Shown here in pieces: positions 26,881-40,700 of a stretch of 64,000 nt of DNA. Source of the DNA: Haplodiscus bocki (lineage: Eukaryota); assembly GCA_965655095.1 (NCBI GenBank), contig OZ296650.1, positions 116,932,001 to 116,996,000 of the forward strand, in the 5' to 3' direction. Within the stretch, counting starts at the first letter, position 1, and every line of letters starts with the position of its first letter. The notes under the pieces are model-generated. The model was not told the DNA's origin, made no database searches, and worked only from the letters and a program-made list of their open reading frames with translations. The position numbers and the translations under genes are program-made.

Positions 26881-27900
26881 CACAAGTGAAGCTCAAGTTT
26901 TAACGGAAAAGAAACTGAAAATGTACGCAGAGACGCCCTGAAAGTTCAACAATTACTTGGAAAAGGCTAGTTTAACGAATCTGCTGCGGCTAATAACAAC
27001 GAATGTAAGGAAATTTTAACTAGAAGGTTACCACCAAAATTGGCAAACTGTGCTCAAAAACGGCAATTCAAACATACATCCACTGTTATGGAACTTCCAT
27101 TCCATATCGTACACTGGTTAAATTTGTAGATGCTGAAGATGAAACGAATGAAAAAAATTCGTTCTCTAGATCTGCCACTGGAAAATAATAACGTAACATT
27201 TAAACTGGAATCTCAGAATATAACTTCTGGAACTTATGATTCGAATATTGGAATTATGTTTATGAAAATAAAATGACCTACAAAACAAAAGTAGACCTGT
27301 TCGCAAAACTTCAAAAATTCTGATAAATTTTAGCGCTCTGTTTCAAACTCTTTTCAAAAACAACGAGAAGACGAAAAGAGAAAACGGAAGTTTCCTTCTA
27401 GATCAAAATCGCCTGTGAAATCGTTCACTCAATGCTATAATACGTTCCAAAATGAAATTCTTTATAAAGAATAACCTTCGTTTTACCCTGTAAACTATTA
27501 GTCACGTAAAGTTATGATTCAAGAAATAGCTCAAATTCGAGAAGTCGACCTTCACCATATCGATCTTCTCATTTTGGATCACATTCGATTTCACGAGCAC
27601 GTGATAATTCTCGTTCTCGTTATCATTCTCGTAGAAAACAATTCAACTCAAACCGAACTCCATTACGTTCACGGTACACCGAAACTTTTTAAACGGAAGA
27701 AATTTAAGATCTCTTTAATTTTATTTTTCCAAAAATACTCGTTACCGTTCTTTTTTGGGATCCAAACTCGAGGAAACTGCATTATTTCAGAAGTTTTGAT
27801 TCTTCGTATTGACCTCCATCAAGTCCACGTTCAAGATCTGCATCTGCATTTACAAGATTAGTCAATACTTCAAAATCAATTCCTTGTGAAAACCATGATC
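26845..27900 (+). pseudogene. gag capsid C-terminal part and RS-rich nucleic-acid-binding region
   Basis: EAQVLTEK..., ESAAANNNECKEILTRRLPPKL..KRQFKHTST, and RS-rich RSRPSPYRS..SRSRYHSR. Homologous to element 2 gag at ~62500-62850. Confidence 0.7.
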
Positions 27901-27949
27901 ATTACACTGACAAAATTTCGATGTTGAAAGACAAATGTGAAGTCAATAT

Positions 27950-30900
27950 GCATACCACTGAAATGACAAGTGCTGTAACTCCAACGAGCTGGTTTTATAA
28001 TCTCTATAATCATTCTCAAAGCGAAACTGAACCAAGTTTACCTTCAAGGCTGGAAATGGCTTTTCCACTGGAAAGCGATTTATCTATTTCTGTATTTAAT
28101 ATACCAACTCATTCGATAATTACTCAAATGTTCAACAATTGTAGTCAAGATTAACATGACAAATCGAAAACGATGACTATCAGTAATCAGTCTGAATTTG
28201 CGAGTAAACAAGCTTTCTCAATCACTTGTTGTTCATCCATTGAACGGAACTCAAAACTATTCAGAAACATTTTGCTGTAGCTGAAACCAAATATAACATT
28301 CTCGGTACATAATTCTTTGAAGAATACATGCAAAACGAAAAGATGCCAGATTTTTTGATGAACTTCAAACATTCTTTCAATGATCTACTCCCAACTGCTC
28401 CTTGTACAACACTGATTGAAAAAGGTTTTTCAGATCGTTTAATTATCAGAATAGTTCACAAAAACCAACCAGAAGTGAACCCGGTAGTATGAAAACGTTG
28501 CATTTCCCACTGCAAAAGTACAGAAACTTTCTTGCTTCCAACTGAAAAAGATGAACCTCCTCAAACTCATTTACTGTTGAAACTGAAACGACAATTTTTC
28601 TTCATGGAAACATTATCGAAAAAATCCGAAGAGTCGTGTTTAGCTTCGAATAAGTTTTTTACTACGCACATGGCTACATTCCCAACTGCAACTCTCGGTT
28701 TTTTAGAAAGTTCTATTACCACTGTAAAATTACCTCGTTATCGAATTAATGATTTGTGTACACTGATTCATTCGGTAGTTAGTACCTACCATCCTGGTAT
28801 AACTGAGCCATTCATTGTTCATTATCAAGATGAACAAGCAAAGAAGCTTTTTGATAAGATCCATATACAACTTTAGAAAGATCCTATGATCAACAATATT
28901 ATTTGTAATGTACAACTGTCTCAAAATGTAGGTCCTCGAAGATTTGCGTTTTTACTATACTGTAAAGAGAATTTACAATTTCTGACAAATTTCACTCTCA
29001 AAACATTGATTTGAAAATTTTTGAAAATATTGAACTGTGTAAAACTCTCATTGAGATTGAAAACTGTCATGATGCACATGGTTATGAAGTTGGAAGAAAT
29101 TCTACTCTATTTCGGATCAGACTCAAACCTGATGCTAAACCACAATCACGAAAACCTGCCAAAGTTCCTCTTCAAAATAGGGATAACTGAATGCGCGACT
29201 GAACAATCTGCAGAAAAAAGGAAAATCTAAAGAAATTGGCTCAACGCCTCATGAAAGATTAACTTATTGAACCACCTTTCTGAACTTATGGATCATCATA
29301 AAAAGTTATACCAGAAAATTATTTTGGATTCTACACATCCGAAGTCCAACACTGAACAATCATCTGAATCTTCGCCACTGGAACCTCTAGCAAAAGAGTT
29401 TGCTGGGGTTAAGAAAAAGACACAAATCTGCAATTGATCTTACGTACGCTATATTAGGTGATGAAACCAATAAATTACCAAGATTTTCATCTGATGATAC
29501 GACTTTTTGCTTTCGCCAGAGGATTTTATGGCCTTGAAGGTCTGCCAAATATTTTACACAATAAATGTCTATCTTCTTCAACAATTTGATCCAACAAAGG
29601 TCTGCGCTGGGCTCTTCTGATATCAAATTTCACTCATGCAAGTTTCCAAACCTTAAATGCTGCAAAATATCAACTAACTTCACGCTAAGCCAATAAATAG
29701 AACTAAGAATTGGCTCCTGAAAAATGTTTTTCTTTCTTTTCACTGTTTATTATCTTGGTCATGAAAATGACTCTAAAGTTATTGGACCAATCCATTCCAA
29801 GAAGGCTGCAATTCACAAATTTCCTTCTTCAACTACAAAAACTGAACTGACGACGTTCATTGGCACAATGATCTTCTCCTCCAAATATTTTGGTGAATTT
29901 AATAATTTGATGAAGCCTCTGTTTCATTGACTTCAGCATATTGTTAAATTTCAAGTGAGTATTTAAATAGAAACACCGTTTCATCAAATCAAAAAAACAC
30001 CTATCAAAAACGATGTTTTGCTGGCTTTACCCAATACAAACCATCCACTCTTTTTTTACCGTACATTCTTCCATAAATGATATAGGCTGCGTCTTATTCC
30101 AACCGAAACACAAAAGAAAACTGGATGTTACTTGATACAATTCTCGCATGGTTACAACTGATGGACAAAAGCTCTGTACTACTTATCCTTAAATAATCGG
30201 AACCGTGTTTTCATTAACAATATAAGAACATTTTACTCCAGGCTCTGAACACGTCTTCAATGTTTTGAAGGATCACGAACCAATTCTTGGCTGTTTCAAC
30301 AGGAAAAAAATCCTTATCCAATTGGTCACTCTGCACAATTGCAATTGATTAAATTCCAAAAATTTCGTATTTTTCATGCGAAGGGAAAAACTCTTTCTCT
30401 AGTTTATCTGCTAAGCTGTTGTTTTGTTCAAAACAACTGCAACTGAATGGAATCAAAGGAAAACAAAAATCTCCGCAACTCTTTATTGCTCTACTGACTC
30501 ATGATAGTCAAATCAAACCTGTGTAATATTCAATTGAACATGAAACTGTACTTCCTTACGAAAAGGTTGATTGCCGTCCAATTTTTGCTGATTTCGCAAA
30601 CGATCAAGTCTCTATGCAAATTAATCATGAAAAATAAAAAAAAATCAAACCACTGGACTCGTTTCTGATGCTTTAGAATCCTTTCAGAATCAAAATAAAG
30701 AAACAATCAGGAAAAAGAGCAAAAAAATTTAACAAAAAACTTTTCTCAATAATATCGATATCACTGGTAATGATGATCCAATTGGGAAAAAGATACCACG
30801 AAATGAAGAAAATTTTTCCCCTGATTTATTTTTAGTTTCCATAGATACTCATGAACAGGCAACCACCACTGCAAGGAATATTTTTCGATCCTCCCCTGAA

Positions 30901-33620
30901 AAACAGAAAAATTGTGAACATGAAAATCTACAATTGCAAATTTTTCATGGTACATAACCATTATTAATAAAACAATCTTGGAAACATTTAATCGATGATC
31001 CTGAACTTTTTAAACACACGTCCAAGTTTCATGAATTAATTTTACCTCCCGATAATCCTTTGGATATCGAAACAAGACAAAAACGATATCCCTTTTCCGA
31101 AAAAATATACGAAAGGATCACTGAAAGTTCGCGTTCTGTGATAAAAAATGTTGACACCTAACATTGCTACAAGTCCAATTTTGTAAGAAAACTGCAACTA
31201 CTTCCAGATTCTGTATATTGATGAACCTACTGGACTGATGACTATTATAAACGAACTTCTGAAGAAAAAAAATAATTTTCCACAGCATACTGATGATAAT
31301 GTTTCCTCTCAAAAGTCTCGTCTATGCTTACCACTGACTATGTTTCACACTTCATTTCATAAAGATCATGAACTTTCACATGCTAGGCCGTAACTTTCCC
31401 AAACTAATTTTAACTAATAAATTCAGTCTCAATTTTTGCAAAAAGGGCCATCAATTTTCATTCAAGACTGTATTGATTGCCGAATGAAGAAACAAAACAA
31501 AACTGCAGTCTAACAAATCTGGAAACTTTACCCCAAAAATTTACCCAAAGATTTTTTTCAAAACAAACTGCACCTGATTCCTTTGAATCAAAAACAACTA
31601 ACTCCGCAAAGTTCATTTGCAACAATGACTCATAATGGTCTACTCAAACCTGTGCATTAGATCATTATTTCTTTGAACATCAAACTGTGCTTCATCCACG
31701 AAAGAATGTTTGCCACCCGTTTTTTTGGTGTCTTCAGAAATGATCAGGTGTCCATTTGATCTAATGATAAAGGATAGAAAGATTTCTTCAAGTACTGGAT
31801 GTTCCTTCAAATGATAATGTAAAACAGTTCCAATATCAAAATGAAAAAACCAGTGAAAAAAAAAACCACGACGTTATCACAACAATATGCTATTTTGAAT
31901 GTTACTGATACCTCCGATATTGATGATCTGACTGAGAAAAGAACGCCAAACCATTAATTGTGTTTCTCCTTGATTTATTTTCCAAAAATTAGAGTTAATC
32001 ATGAACAAACAAGCACAACTTCACTGAAAAAAGTCTAACTTTCCCTAAAAACTATGATGACTTACGAAGAACTAATACAACTGCAAACTAAACATCAAGC
32101 AGATTCATTCGCAATGAAGCAATCTGTGAATTTTTCAGTCAATGATCCATCACTTTTGAAACGCACATTTAAATATTATGAAGTTTTCTACCTCCTGATA
32201 CTTCGTCAAATAAAAACTCAGCACCAAGTTATCGAAAAACATACGGTGTTCTGAAAATTGTATTTTAGTGAAACACAAAAAAAACCACATCCGTTGACAA
32301 AAACACTTTTTTTCACTGCTAGTACACTCTCGTTAGAATACTAAAAAGAATTTCCTAATCTGTATACTGATGAACATGCTGGCTTGATCGCAACCTCTAA
32401 AAAGTAATGGCAAACGTCCAGAAAACACTGATGAAAGTCTTCTCACTCAAGGTTCTCGTCTGCGCTTACCCTTGACTTTCCTCCACAATGCAATTGATGA
32501 AAATCATTAACCTTGTCTTGCTGGTTTAAGCACTGCTGAATACAATTTCAACCATTACTGTTACGTTCCTGTCGGGCAAACAAACTATCATTTTTCGTGC
32601 GAGATTGTACAGACTGCTAAATGAAGATTTTTGGAAAGGTGAAACAACAAAAGTTTGCAATTTTGCTTTTTTCGAAACTGTGAATGTTTTCAACCATAGG
32701 ATCTCTCGGGATACTAAAAAATCATTAAACTCTGCCCATGAAGGAAATGTTTACCTTTATGTAGATGTTGATCACTTTAGCAATTACATTCTCATTGTGC
32801 CAACTGCAAAAATGTTGCTCATTATGCTGTAAACTCGCGAATCCACCATTCGAATTCAGAATTTTGTCCTCCTTAACATCGTATTACAAGTAGAGGAGCC
32901 GAATATCTCAATATCGAAAAATCAGCTTGTTGTCTTTTGTTTAATTTTAGATTTTCGCCCGAGAACTTCACTTTTTTCTGGGACAAATGGACTTGGACTG
33001 CACTTGTTGAAGTACGAAGTGAAAATCTTGAAACCCACCCGAGAAAATTTTTATACGATACTCCTGAATTTTGGTCTATTCTAGTATATTTCTTCGCCTA
33101 TGCTCACAAAATTAAACCACTGTCACATTCATATGTTTCACCATAAGAATTTGTTTATCTTACTCAACCACGGGTTCCACCAACTAATCAGTTAATTCTT
33201 TCCTGAAACAAAGTTTGTGAATGTAATGTGCAATGCTGTTCTGATTTCCGCCTCTTTCACGTTAGCAATCGACTGCTTCGATTCCGTCGTTTTATAGCAT
33301 ACTGTTGGAAGCAATTTCTACTTGGTTTTTTGCCATTGATTTTGCATCGCTGCAAGCTTCTACGAAAGTTTACCGATACACATTGAAATAAAAGTCTTTT
33401 GCTTGTGCAATGAAAGGTCCACCCATTCTTGATAAAGCAATACTATTGAACTCATATAATTCAAATCGAACATTTAGAGCAGCTGAATTTTCTCATAAAC
33501 TGAAATCGTTTCGTCAGGGTTCCTTTTAAAGATTTTAACAGGCCAATGGATGTCGCCTATGAACTTTCAAGACAAAACGGAAAACTTTTCATCCACATCG
33601 AAATCATTTGAATCCATATT
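27950..33620 (+). pseudogene. pol: protease, RT, RNase H, integrase (degenerate)
   Basis: PR LEMAFPLESDLSISV (LLDSG-like, ~28050). RT KSAIDLTYA, GFYGLEG (~29420-29545). RNase H LALPNTNHP, DHEPILGCF (~30020-30300). IN FNHRISRDTK..YVDVDHFS, SRGAEY (~32690-32910). Confidence 0.85.
30420..32640 (+). repeat. Old ~1.13-kb tandem duplication within pol (RNase H-integrase spacer plus IN zinc-finger)
   Basis: 30420-31530 aligns by eye with 31550-32640, for example gactcatgatagtcaaatcaaacctgtg vs gactcataatggtctactcaaacctgtg, and ctgtatattgatgaac vs ctgtatactgatgaac. Confidence 0.8.
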
Positions 33621-35289
33621 TTCCAGGAGATTTTCTGTTTTTCCCCACCTTCAATCAAACAAAGTACAAGTCATGTAACAACTCATTTTTCTGATACGAA
33701 TGATTTTTCAAAAAAACTGAGATTATGTTTGATGATCACCCGCTCTGAAAAACAGCAATGAAGAAACATCAAAATTGTTTGACAATGAAATAAAAAATCT
33801 GTAAATTGAGATGATTACTATCAACCCGCTCAATCAAAGTCTAACTTTGAACATTCATATCAAAATCCGAGATCATCAAAAAGCTATTCCTTCAACAAAT
33901 CCCCCGGACTCTTTGATTTTCTTGATACTGAGAAAAATTCATGACTCTCCGTTGTCATCCACTAACAGAATCATTTCTGTTCTGTAACCGATCATAGGCC
34001 TCCAATACAAGACTCCAACAAAATGACCACGACCAAGAAAAAATATTGTCACTTCCTTCCAATACGTTCTGCTCCAGATGAAAATTAATTTTCACGTAAT
34101 CCGAATTGGATAAAATTGCTCATCGAAAGTCCATGGAAATGTACATTTCTTGATCATCATAGATCGTATCTGTTGTATTTCAACCTTAAACTTTGATTTT
34201 TATTTTGAAAAGACTTCCAACAAACTGAAAGTAAACGAGTTTTCTCCTAGTTTTCCGAAAACTGAAACTGGAAGTTTTCGTTATGGAACAACTACCAATA
34301 TAGTACAATAAACTGAAGTCAACCTGTAGTGTTTCAAAATTATTATCTCTGATTCAAACAACTCTGAAGAAACTGTGTAAATATTTGTACCCATTAACTC
34401 TGCATCTAATAATTTTTTTACTGGCACTGACGTAAGCCTGGATCCACCTCTGGCTTTATTTAGAAATGATTACTTGCACTCCGGTCCGCCTGTCTCTGAA
34501 AAGAACTCTAAGTACATAAATAGAGGATCTACTATTTAAACATCAAATAATTCTGAAAACCCTACCTTTTCTTCTGAAAACTTTACAAAACATTTTGTAA
34601 CTGCTTAAAAACCTCTGTCATTGACACCGGTACCTCCGGCTATCCCTTCAGCTACCACCCTATACATATCCCAGATCCATCCAATATAGATCCTCCTGCA
34701 TTTCCATTATGACGCCGCTTTTGACAAACTGTATCTCAGAAGTCAAATTCTTTCAAACATCGAAAGTCGTTTGATGGTAGTGAATTTCCTTTACTATCTA
34801 TTCATGTTCAAAATCTACTCATGTTATTGGAAACCAAAAATCAATTTCTTCGCTGACTGCTATCAATACTGCTGACCTTCCATATCAATCACTAGACGAT
34901 AACCCTAGACCTGCTACACCTGATACACATCAGTATCTATTGATATTTGATAATCAAATAATCAACAATCCCCGACACTATTTGAGTTATCACGTTCTTC
35001 GTATAAAAAGAAAGAACAGTAGTTTCGATGATTGTGTTATAACTCGTAATCGAGAACAGAATAGATTAACCCAAACTAAAATTAAATCGAACTTTGAAAA
35101 AACTGTGAAGTTCTTCGGAAAGATTCTCATCCAATCTCAAAATCATCTCAAATCAAACAGCGGACTTTTCCCAGTCCTTTTTTGTGACCAGCTTACACTT
35201 TACTTCCACTGACAAACCTCCAGTTGATCATCAATGGGAAAGTATAACTTTTTGCAACCCTGTCTCTGGTTTGAAATACCTTTTCTGAA

Positions 35290-37750
35290 ACCCATGATTA
35301 TATTCTCTGTATTTTTTTTTCTCTTCGCTGCAAACTGATAATACAATCACTTCTGAAACTTCATTTGAACCTGTTGATCCTAGAATCAACCCACTCCTAG
35401 CCACTCATTACGATTGTTCGAGAGATTACAATCTGAGACAATTTGCCTTAACCGTGGTACAAAAATGTTCTCAAGCTCCCACTGAAAATGAGTGCATAAG
35501 AAAATTTGTTTCTGTATCTGTTCCTGCTAGAGCAGAACAAAATAAAAATTTTGGCTCTTCTGCAGCTGTTCAAAAAAATCGTTTCTTTTATGCCCAAGTA
35601 CACATACCAAAAGCTATAGACAAGATCGTAAGAATTGGCATAATAATTCAATGGCGTTATCGAAAGAACTGGATCGTATTGAGTGTTAAAACATTATCGG
35701 AAACTATGATGGAATGGGGAGTGCTGAACTTATTCAATCATCTTTTATTGGCTTTTTCGTCAATTTGATAGACTGAATTTCAAGTTCAACATGAAAAAAA
35801 AACAAATCCTTTTCACCGTAACCAAGTTGAAAATTGTACATACTGATGACTCATCTAACAACCTAATAATCATGATTGGACTAAAAAATTAAAATTTTTC
35901 GAAGGTCAGACACCCTTCCATGTGTGCGCTTTGATGGTAATTGTAAACAAACGCTGAAATATCCATAAATTTTTGTTTAATTTTCTGAAAAAAATTGGTT
36001 AGTATTTCACATGTCTGACTTTACTGGACGTATGTGTAAACTAAAAAACCGTTACTTGTTTTTACTATTTAGAAACTGAAGACTTCTTCAGCAGTACTGG
36101 GAGGAACACTGCGGAAAAGATGAAGGGTATATCGCTAACTAGAATCCCCTCCACTAGCTCACCACTGGAACGATTGCTCCAACCAACCTTTTTGCGGTTA
36201 AAAAACTTTTCACGAAACAAACTTCTGTAAGATAGCAATACAAATGCATACAACTCAACGTCCTGGTTTTTTCGTAGTTTATTGTGAAGGTTCCAATATG
36301 AACACTGCAGACGAAAGCCCAATTGATGTCGATGAAGAACCATGATTCGCTAAAAGCTCAATGTCTTCAATATTAGCCTTTGACTGTGTAAAAAGATATT
36401 TTTTTCCTCTGAATGATTGAATTAGTTTCGCTACGGTAGACCGTCATGCTCCCATCAAACAAAGATGGATTATTCTATCAATCAAAAATTTATATGTATG
36501 ACCGTCCAGGAACTGATTCCGTTTTATCATATCTGTGAAATAGAGTGAACAAACTCGCTAACTATATTGGAAATGTCTGTTCGGAAGCCTCAACTCGCTC
36601 GTTACGTTTCAACTCGAACCCGCGGTAACTTTCTTCATGTAGGAGGTTCTAGTGCTTTCTTATTTGATTGTCCTCACTTTCTTCACATATGTTTGAAACT
36701 GAGAGAAGTTTTGACCGTATACCAATACACTATCAAGATACTGTAACGTCTATCTAGCCTATAACAAAACAAACTTTCAAATATGCCACTACTTTATCCA
36801 GTGATGAAATTTTTTGGCGTTAGAGCTGGAAAATGACGAAAATTTTCTGCTGTTTCCAAAGCCTGTTTTACGAGCTATTCCAACGGTCTTCAACCAAAAC
36901 AAGTTCAATGTGCAATAAGCCCAAATACTTTCACTTCTCAAAAAGTTGGATTTTGTTCCAATGTTCAATCAACAAATCTTTGGAACAGCGTTTTATTCAC
37001 GGAACACTCTGATACTACACTCTGATACTACACTCTGATACTACTTTTTGAAAAGCTAGTTCAATGGACTCTTTAGGTACTTCTGAAAAACACCAAACTG
37101 ACTTTTATTCAAATTCGATTAGAAAAAGATTTATTCGCTACAATCGCTACAATATTTTGAGTATCGAACAGCGAGATTACCTGCTAAACATTGCTTCTTT
37201 GTTTGCTCTTGACGGGTGACTTGTGATGCATTCATGGCATTATTTAGCTTTCCATGTTAGAACCTAACTCAATGCTGAGTTATGTCAGTACATTCTTGCT
37301 GAAATTTTATACGCTTAACTCATTTAAGTATAGATTTCATGAAAACATAATTTTCCTGAGGTCTATCCCACATGATTTTCTCAATATTACCACACCAAAA
37401 GTCTTTCTTGGTTTACATGACGCTGAACGTGAAAAACGTCCACAAAAATGTTTTCAACGTCTTGATGACCTTCCTGAACATTCTTCAAAAAAAGTTGGAA
37501 AAACAAAACTAGTACTCTCAGTAATCTTACTATTAATAGTAATCTTAGCAATCATAGTGATATTCAAAGAAGATAAAACAAAATCAAAAAAAAATCTTGA
37601 ACGAAAACCTAGAACTCTTGCTTAAAAATAAATGAAAATAATGAAGTGTCAAGCTCGCTGTTAATTGACAAATGTCAATTTGAAAAATTTGAATCTGAGT
37701 ATATCACAACTCTTCCTTCTACCTATTTGTATAACACAGAAGTGTCCATT
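35290..37750 (+). pseudogene. env-like glycoprotein (probably class III, gB/chuvirus-G-like), degenerate
   Basis: Hydrophobic start MIIFSVFFF; HYDCSRDYNLRQFALTVVQKCSQAP; DCPHFL; DRIPIHYQDTV..PITKQTF; PKQVQCAISPNTFT; C-terminal hydrophobic stretch. Lies downstream of IN and is homologous to 52850-55080. Confidence 0.7.
37005..37043 (+). repeat. 13-bp tandem triplication (cactctgatacta)x3 in env
   Basis: Seen directly; adds 26 nt and shifts the frame. Confidence 0.9.
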
Positions 37751-40700
37751 GCATACTTTTCTCTAGATGATCACCAAACAACGTCACTTTTTGACGCAAA
37801 TCGCTGATATTACCCCACAAAAATTTTATTGAAGATACCCATTACCCATAAGCACCCTACCTCTGTGTTTCAATATTAATCTCAAACAAAGTAATCGAAT
37901 AAACAAAACTGCACAAGTGAAAAAATTACTCTGCAAATGATAATGATTATTCATAAATCTTGTGAACTCTGCATTTCTGATTCCTTCCCTTGAAATTTTG
38001 AAATTTTTCTTTCTCCGTCGGTTTCTCTTCCACGCAAGTTCTTCTTTCAAGTTGTGAAATACAACTTTAACTTTGAGTTGTCTCACAATTTTTGATCAGT
38101 GAAAAACTCTGAATGTAAGTTGTGCTGCACAAAAGAGAAATTCTGCGAACTGTTTTCCAAACCATCTTCTCTGAAAAAGAACAATTTTCGTTCTCTGCAG
38201 AATTGATCCTGTGCTTTTAAAATTTCCTTCCTTAAATCAACCTTCAGGTACAATTGACCAAACGGAACCTCAACCATTTGATACAACTAGTGCCTCAATT
38301 TTCATTCGTAAGTAGAAAACTAAAAAATTCTCAATTGCTGAAAAAAAGTGGAAATTTTTATTCCTTCCATGAAATTTGAAGCAGAAGCTCTACTGATCAC
38401 TGTACCAAATGACTAAAGCGAAACTATCACAGCAAAGTTAGGCTTCTGATCTTCCGCGAAAAACAAATCCCGTTACTGAAAGTTTCAAAACTCTTTGCAT
38501 GGTTCTTATACTTTTTTCATTCATGAATTGGAAACTCAAGAAGAACTTTATATTGCTCCTTCAGCTGTTGAAAATGATTCCGAAAAAACTTTCTCGGAAA
38601 AAAACAAACCTGTGAGCCTGCTCCTTCAAAAACCCTAAAAAGGAATTGGCAAACTCTGAAAGATCCTGCGTTTTCAACTTCAAAAGTTTTGCTTTTTCTT
38701 CTTTAGCCATCACAGAAACCTGATTTACCCCGAGATGATTATTTAACATCTCAATTGTCCACAGAAAAACATCATTTCGAATCTCAATTAACTTCGCTGT
38801 ATATGTCTTCAACAGAATATAAATTTCAACTTGATCCAAATCGGTACAATGTTCTTTATATTTCGTATGCGTCCGAGCAGTTTTCCCCATATGACTACTG
38901 GACTTCCAACAATAAAGAAACTTCACTCTGCACTTTAGTTTTCTACGTCCTTCTGTATTTGATTTAATCACTGATGATTCAAATCCAAATATTCAATTTG
39001 TGAACAAAAAGCGTGTCCATCATGAGAGAGATAAACGATAACATGCCTCTCAACTTCACCAAAAAATTCATCTCTCAGAATAGGAAGTTGATATCTCCAT
39101 TCTCAGTTCCCTTGGTTTAAAATCTGATCCCTTGATATAGATTTGGTTCGCTGAGAATTTACGATCCTATGAAACGTTTTCATTTTTATACCCCGAAAAA
39201 TTTCCTGCCAGACCTTTGATCATTCGTCATACTAATTTTGAGCATATTGATCCAGTATGAATTCTAATTAGAGTTTCACATCCCTATCTACACTTTTCAA
39301 AAGTCACTGATCATCCGTTGATTGACAAAGCTTTGACAACAGATATTGTTGTAGCTTCATAGTTTTATACTCATAAAGAATTACTCTTTTTGGCTGAGCA
39401 TTCAACAATTTTGTTTTTGAAGAAACACAGCCGCCACACTTCTCAGAATTCTCCACAAACCTCATCTTATTCTCAAGTTACCTCTTCTTCCATAATTTAT
39501 AATAAGATCAATACTGAAATTCAAACTATCAATGATGATAAATGACTTGAATTTCGAAAAATGTCTGATTTCATCAAACAAATCGAAGAATTACCCGAAC
39601 CGTGTCGAGCTCTTTTTTCTGAAATATTCTGAATAACGTGATACTGAAATTCGAAAGGAAGTTTTTCAAGGGTATCACGCTGGATATTTCTCGTAAGCAA
39701 ATCTGCGATTGAGTTTTAAAAAATGCAAAATTTTTGAAGTGAACTGCAGTCTGTTGTCACAAAACTGAAACAAGCTCTTACTATGAACTTGCCACCAAAA
39801 ATATCCTTCTGAAAACTTTTCATTATGAAAAGTTTGTAATAATGTAACATACTTTTTTCAATGTAGTTTCTGGGATTTTATATTTCTGTAAAACATTTTT
39901 TGAAAAAATTTAGTTTTCTTGTTTGTTTAGGATCCCAACAACTGAAGACTTCTCAAAAACTCTGTACTTTATCAAAAATTAATTTCTGTAACTAACGCTT
40001 TTTTGTTTAGAAACCTTCTCGTCGTAACTGCCTGATAATGATGTTTACATTTTCGCCTGGTTGCCAAAATCAATAAACAGGTCCTCAAAATTCCGAAGAT
40101 AAATTCAAATAGGGGCATTATGGGTTTTTTCACCAAGCCTCTTCAAGCTGTCAAGGAAAACCCTGAAGATTGTGATAAAAAGTTCTCCAATGCAATGACT
40201 GTCCATCGTTTCAATGTGCAAGTCTTCGGGCGTTTCTCACCTCAAATGAATGATCAAGCCGACTCTCATTGTCTTATTAACTCACTGTTGTTACACACAA
40301 TAAATCAAAATCATGCACTTCACTGAAAGTCTCCAATGATCAAAATGACACGGATGCTGAAAAAAAGGAAGCTTTGTCACTCAAACTCCACTCAAAATAA
40401 CGCCTCTACTCAAACTGAAATTGATACCTCTCGAAGACCTGATGCTTCTCCGGAACATGTTCTATCAAAATCTCACGAAATTTTTATTTTCCCAGAAAAC
40501 TTCTCGAACCAATCTGTTACTCATTGTTCTTCACTGAAAATTGATGATGACGTTGAATTCCCCTGAGTGAACAATGATTTATTGCATGTTAACCATGCGC
40601 ATACTGACTATCTTTCTTCCTATACTGCAACGCATCCACGTCAAGATCTTTCTAGGATAATGAAAAGTTTATTTCAGGATCCAACTCAGTTCTTATTTAT

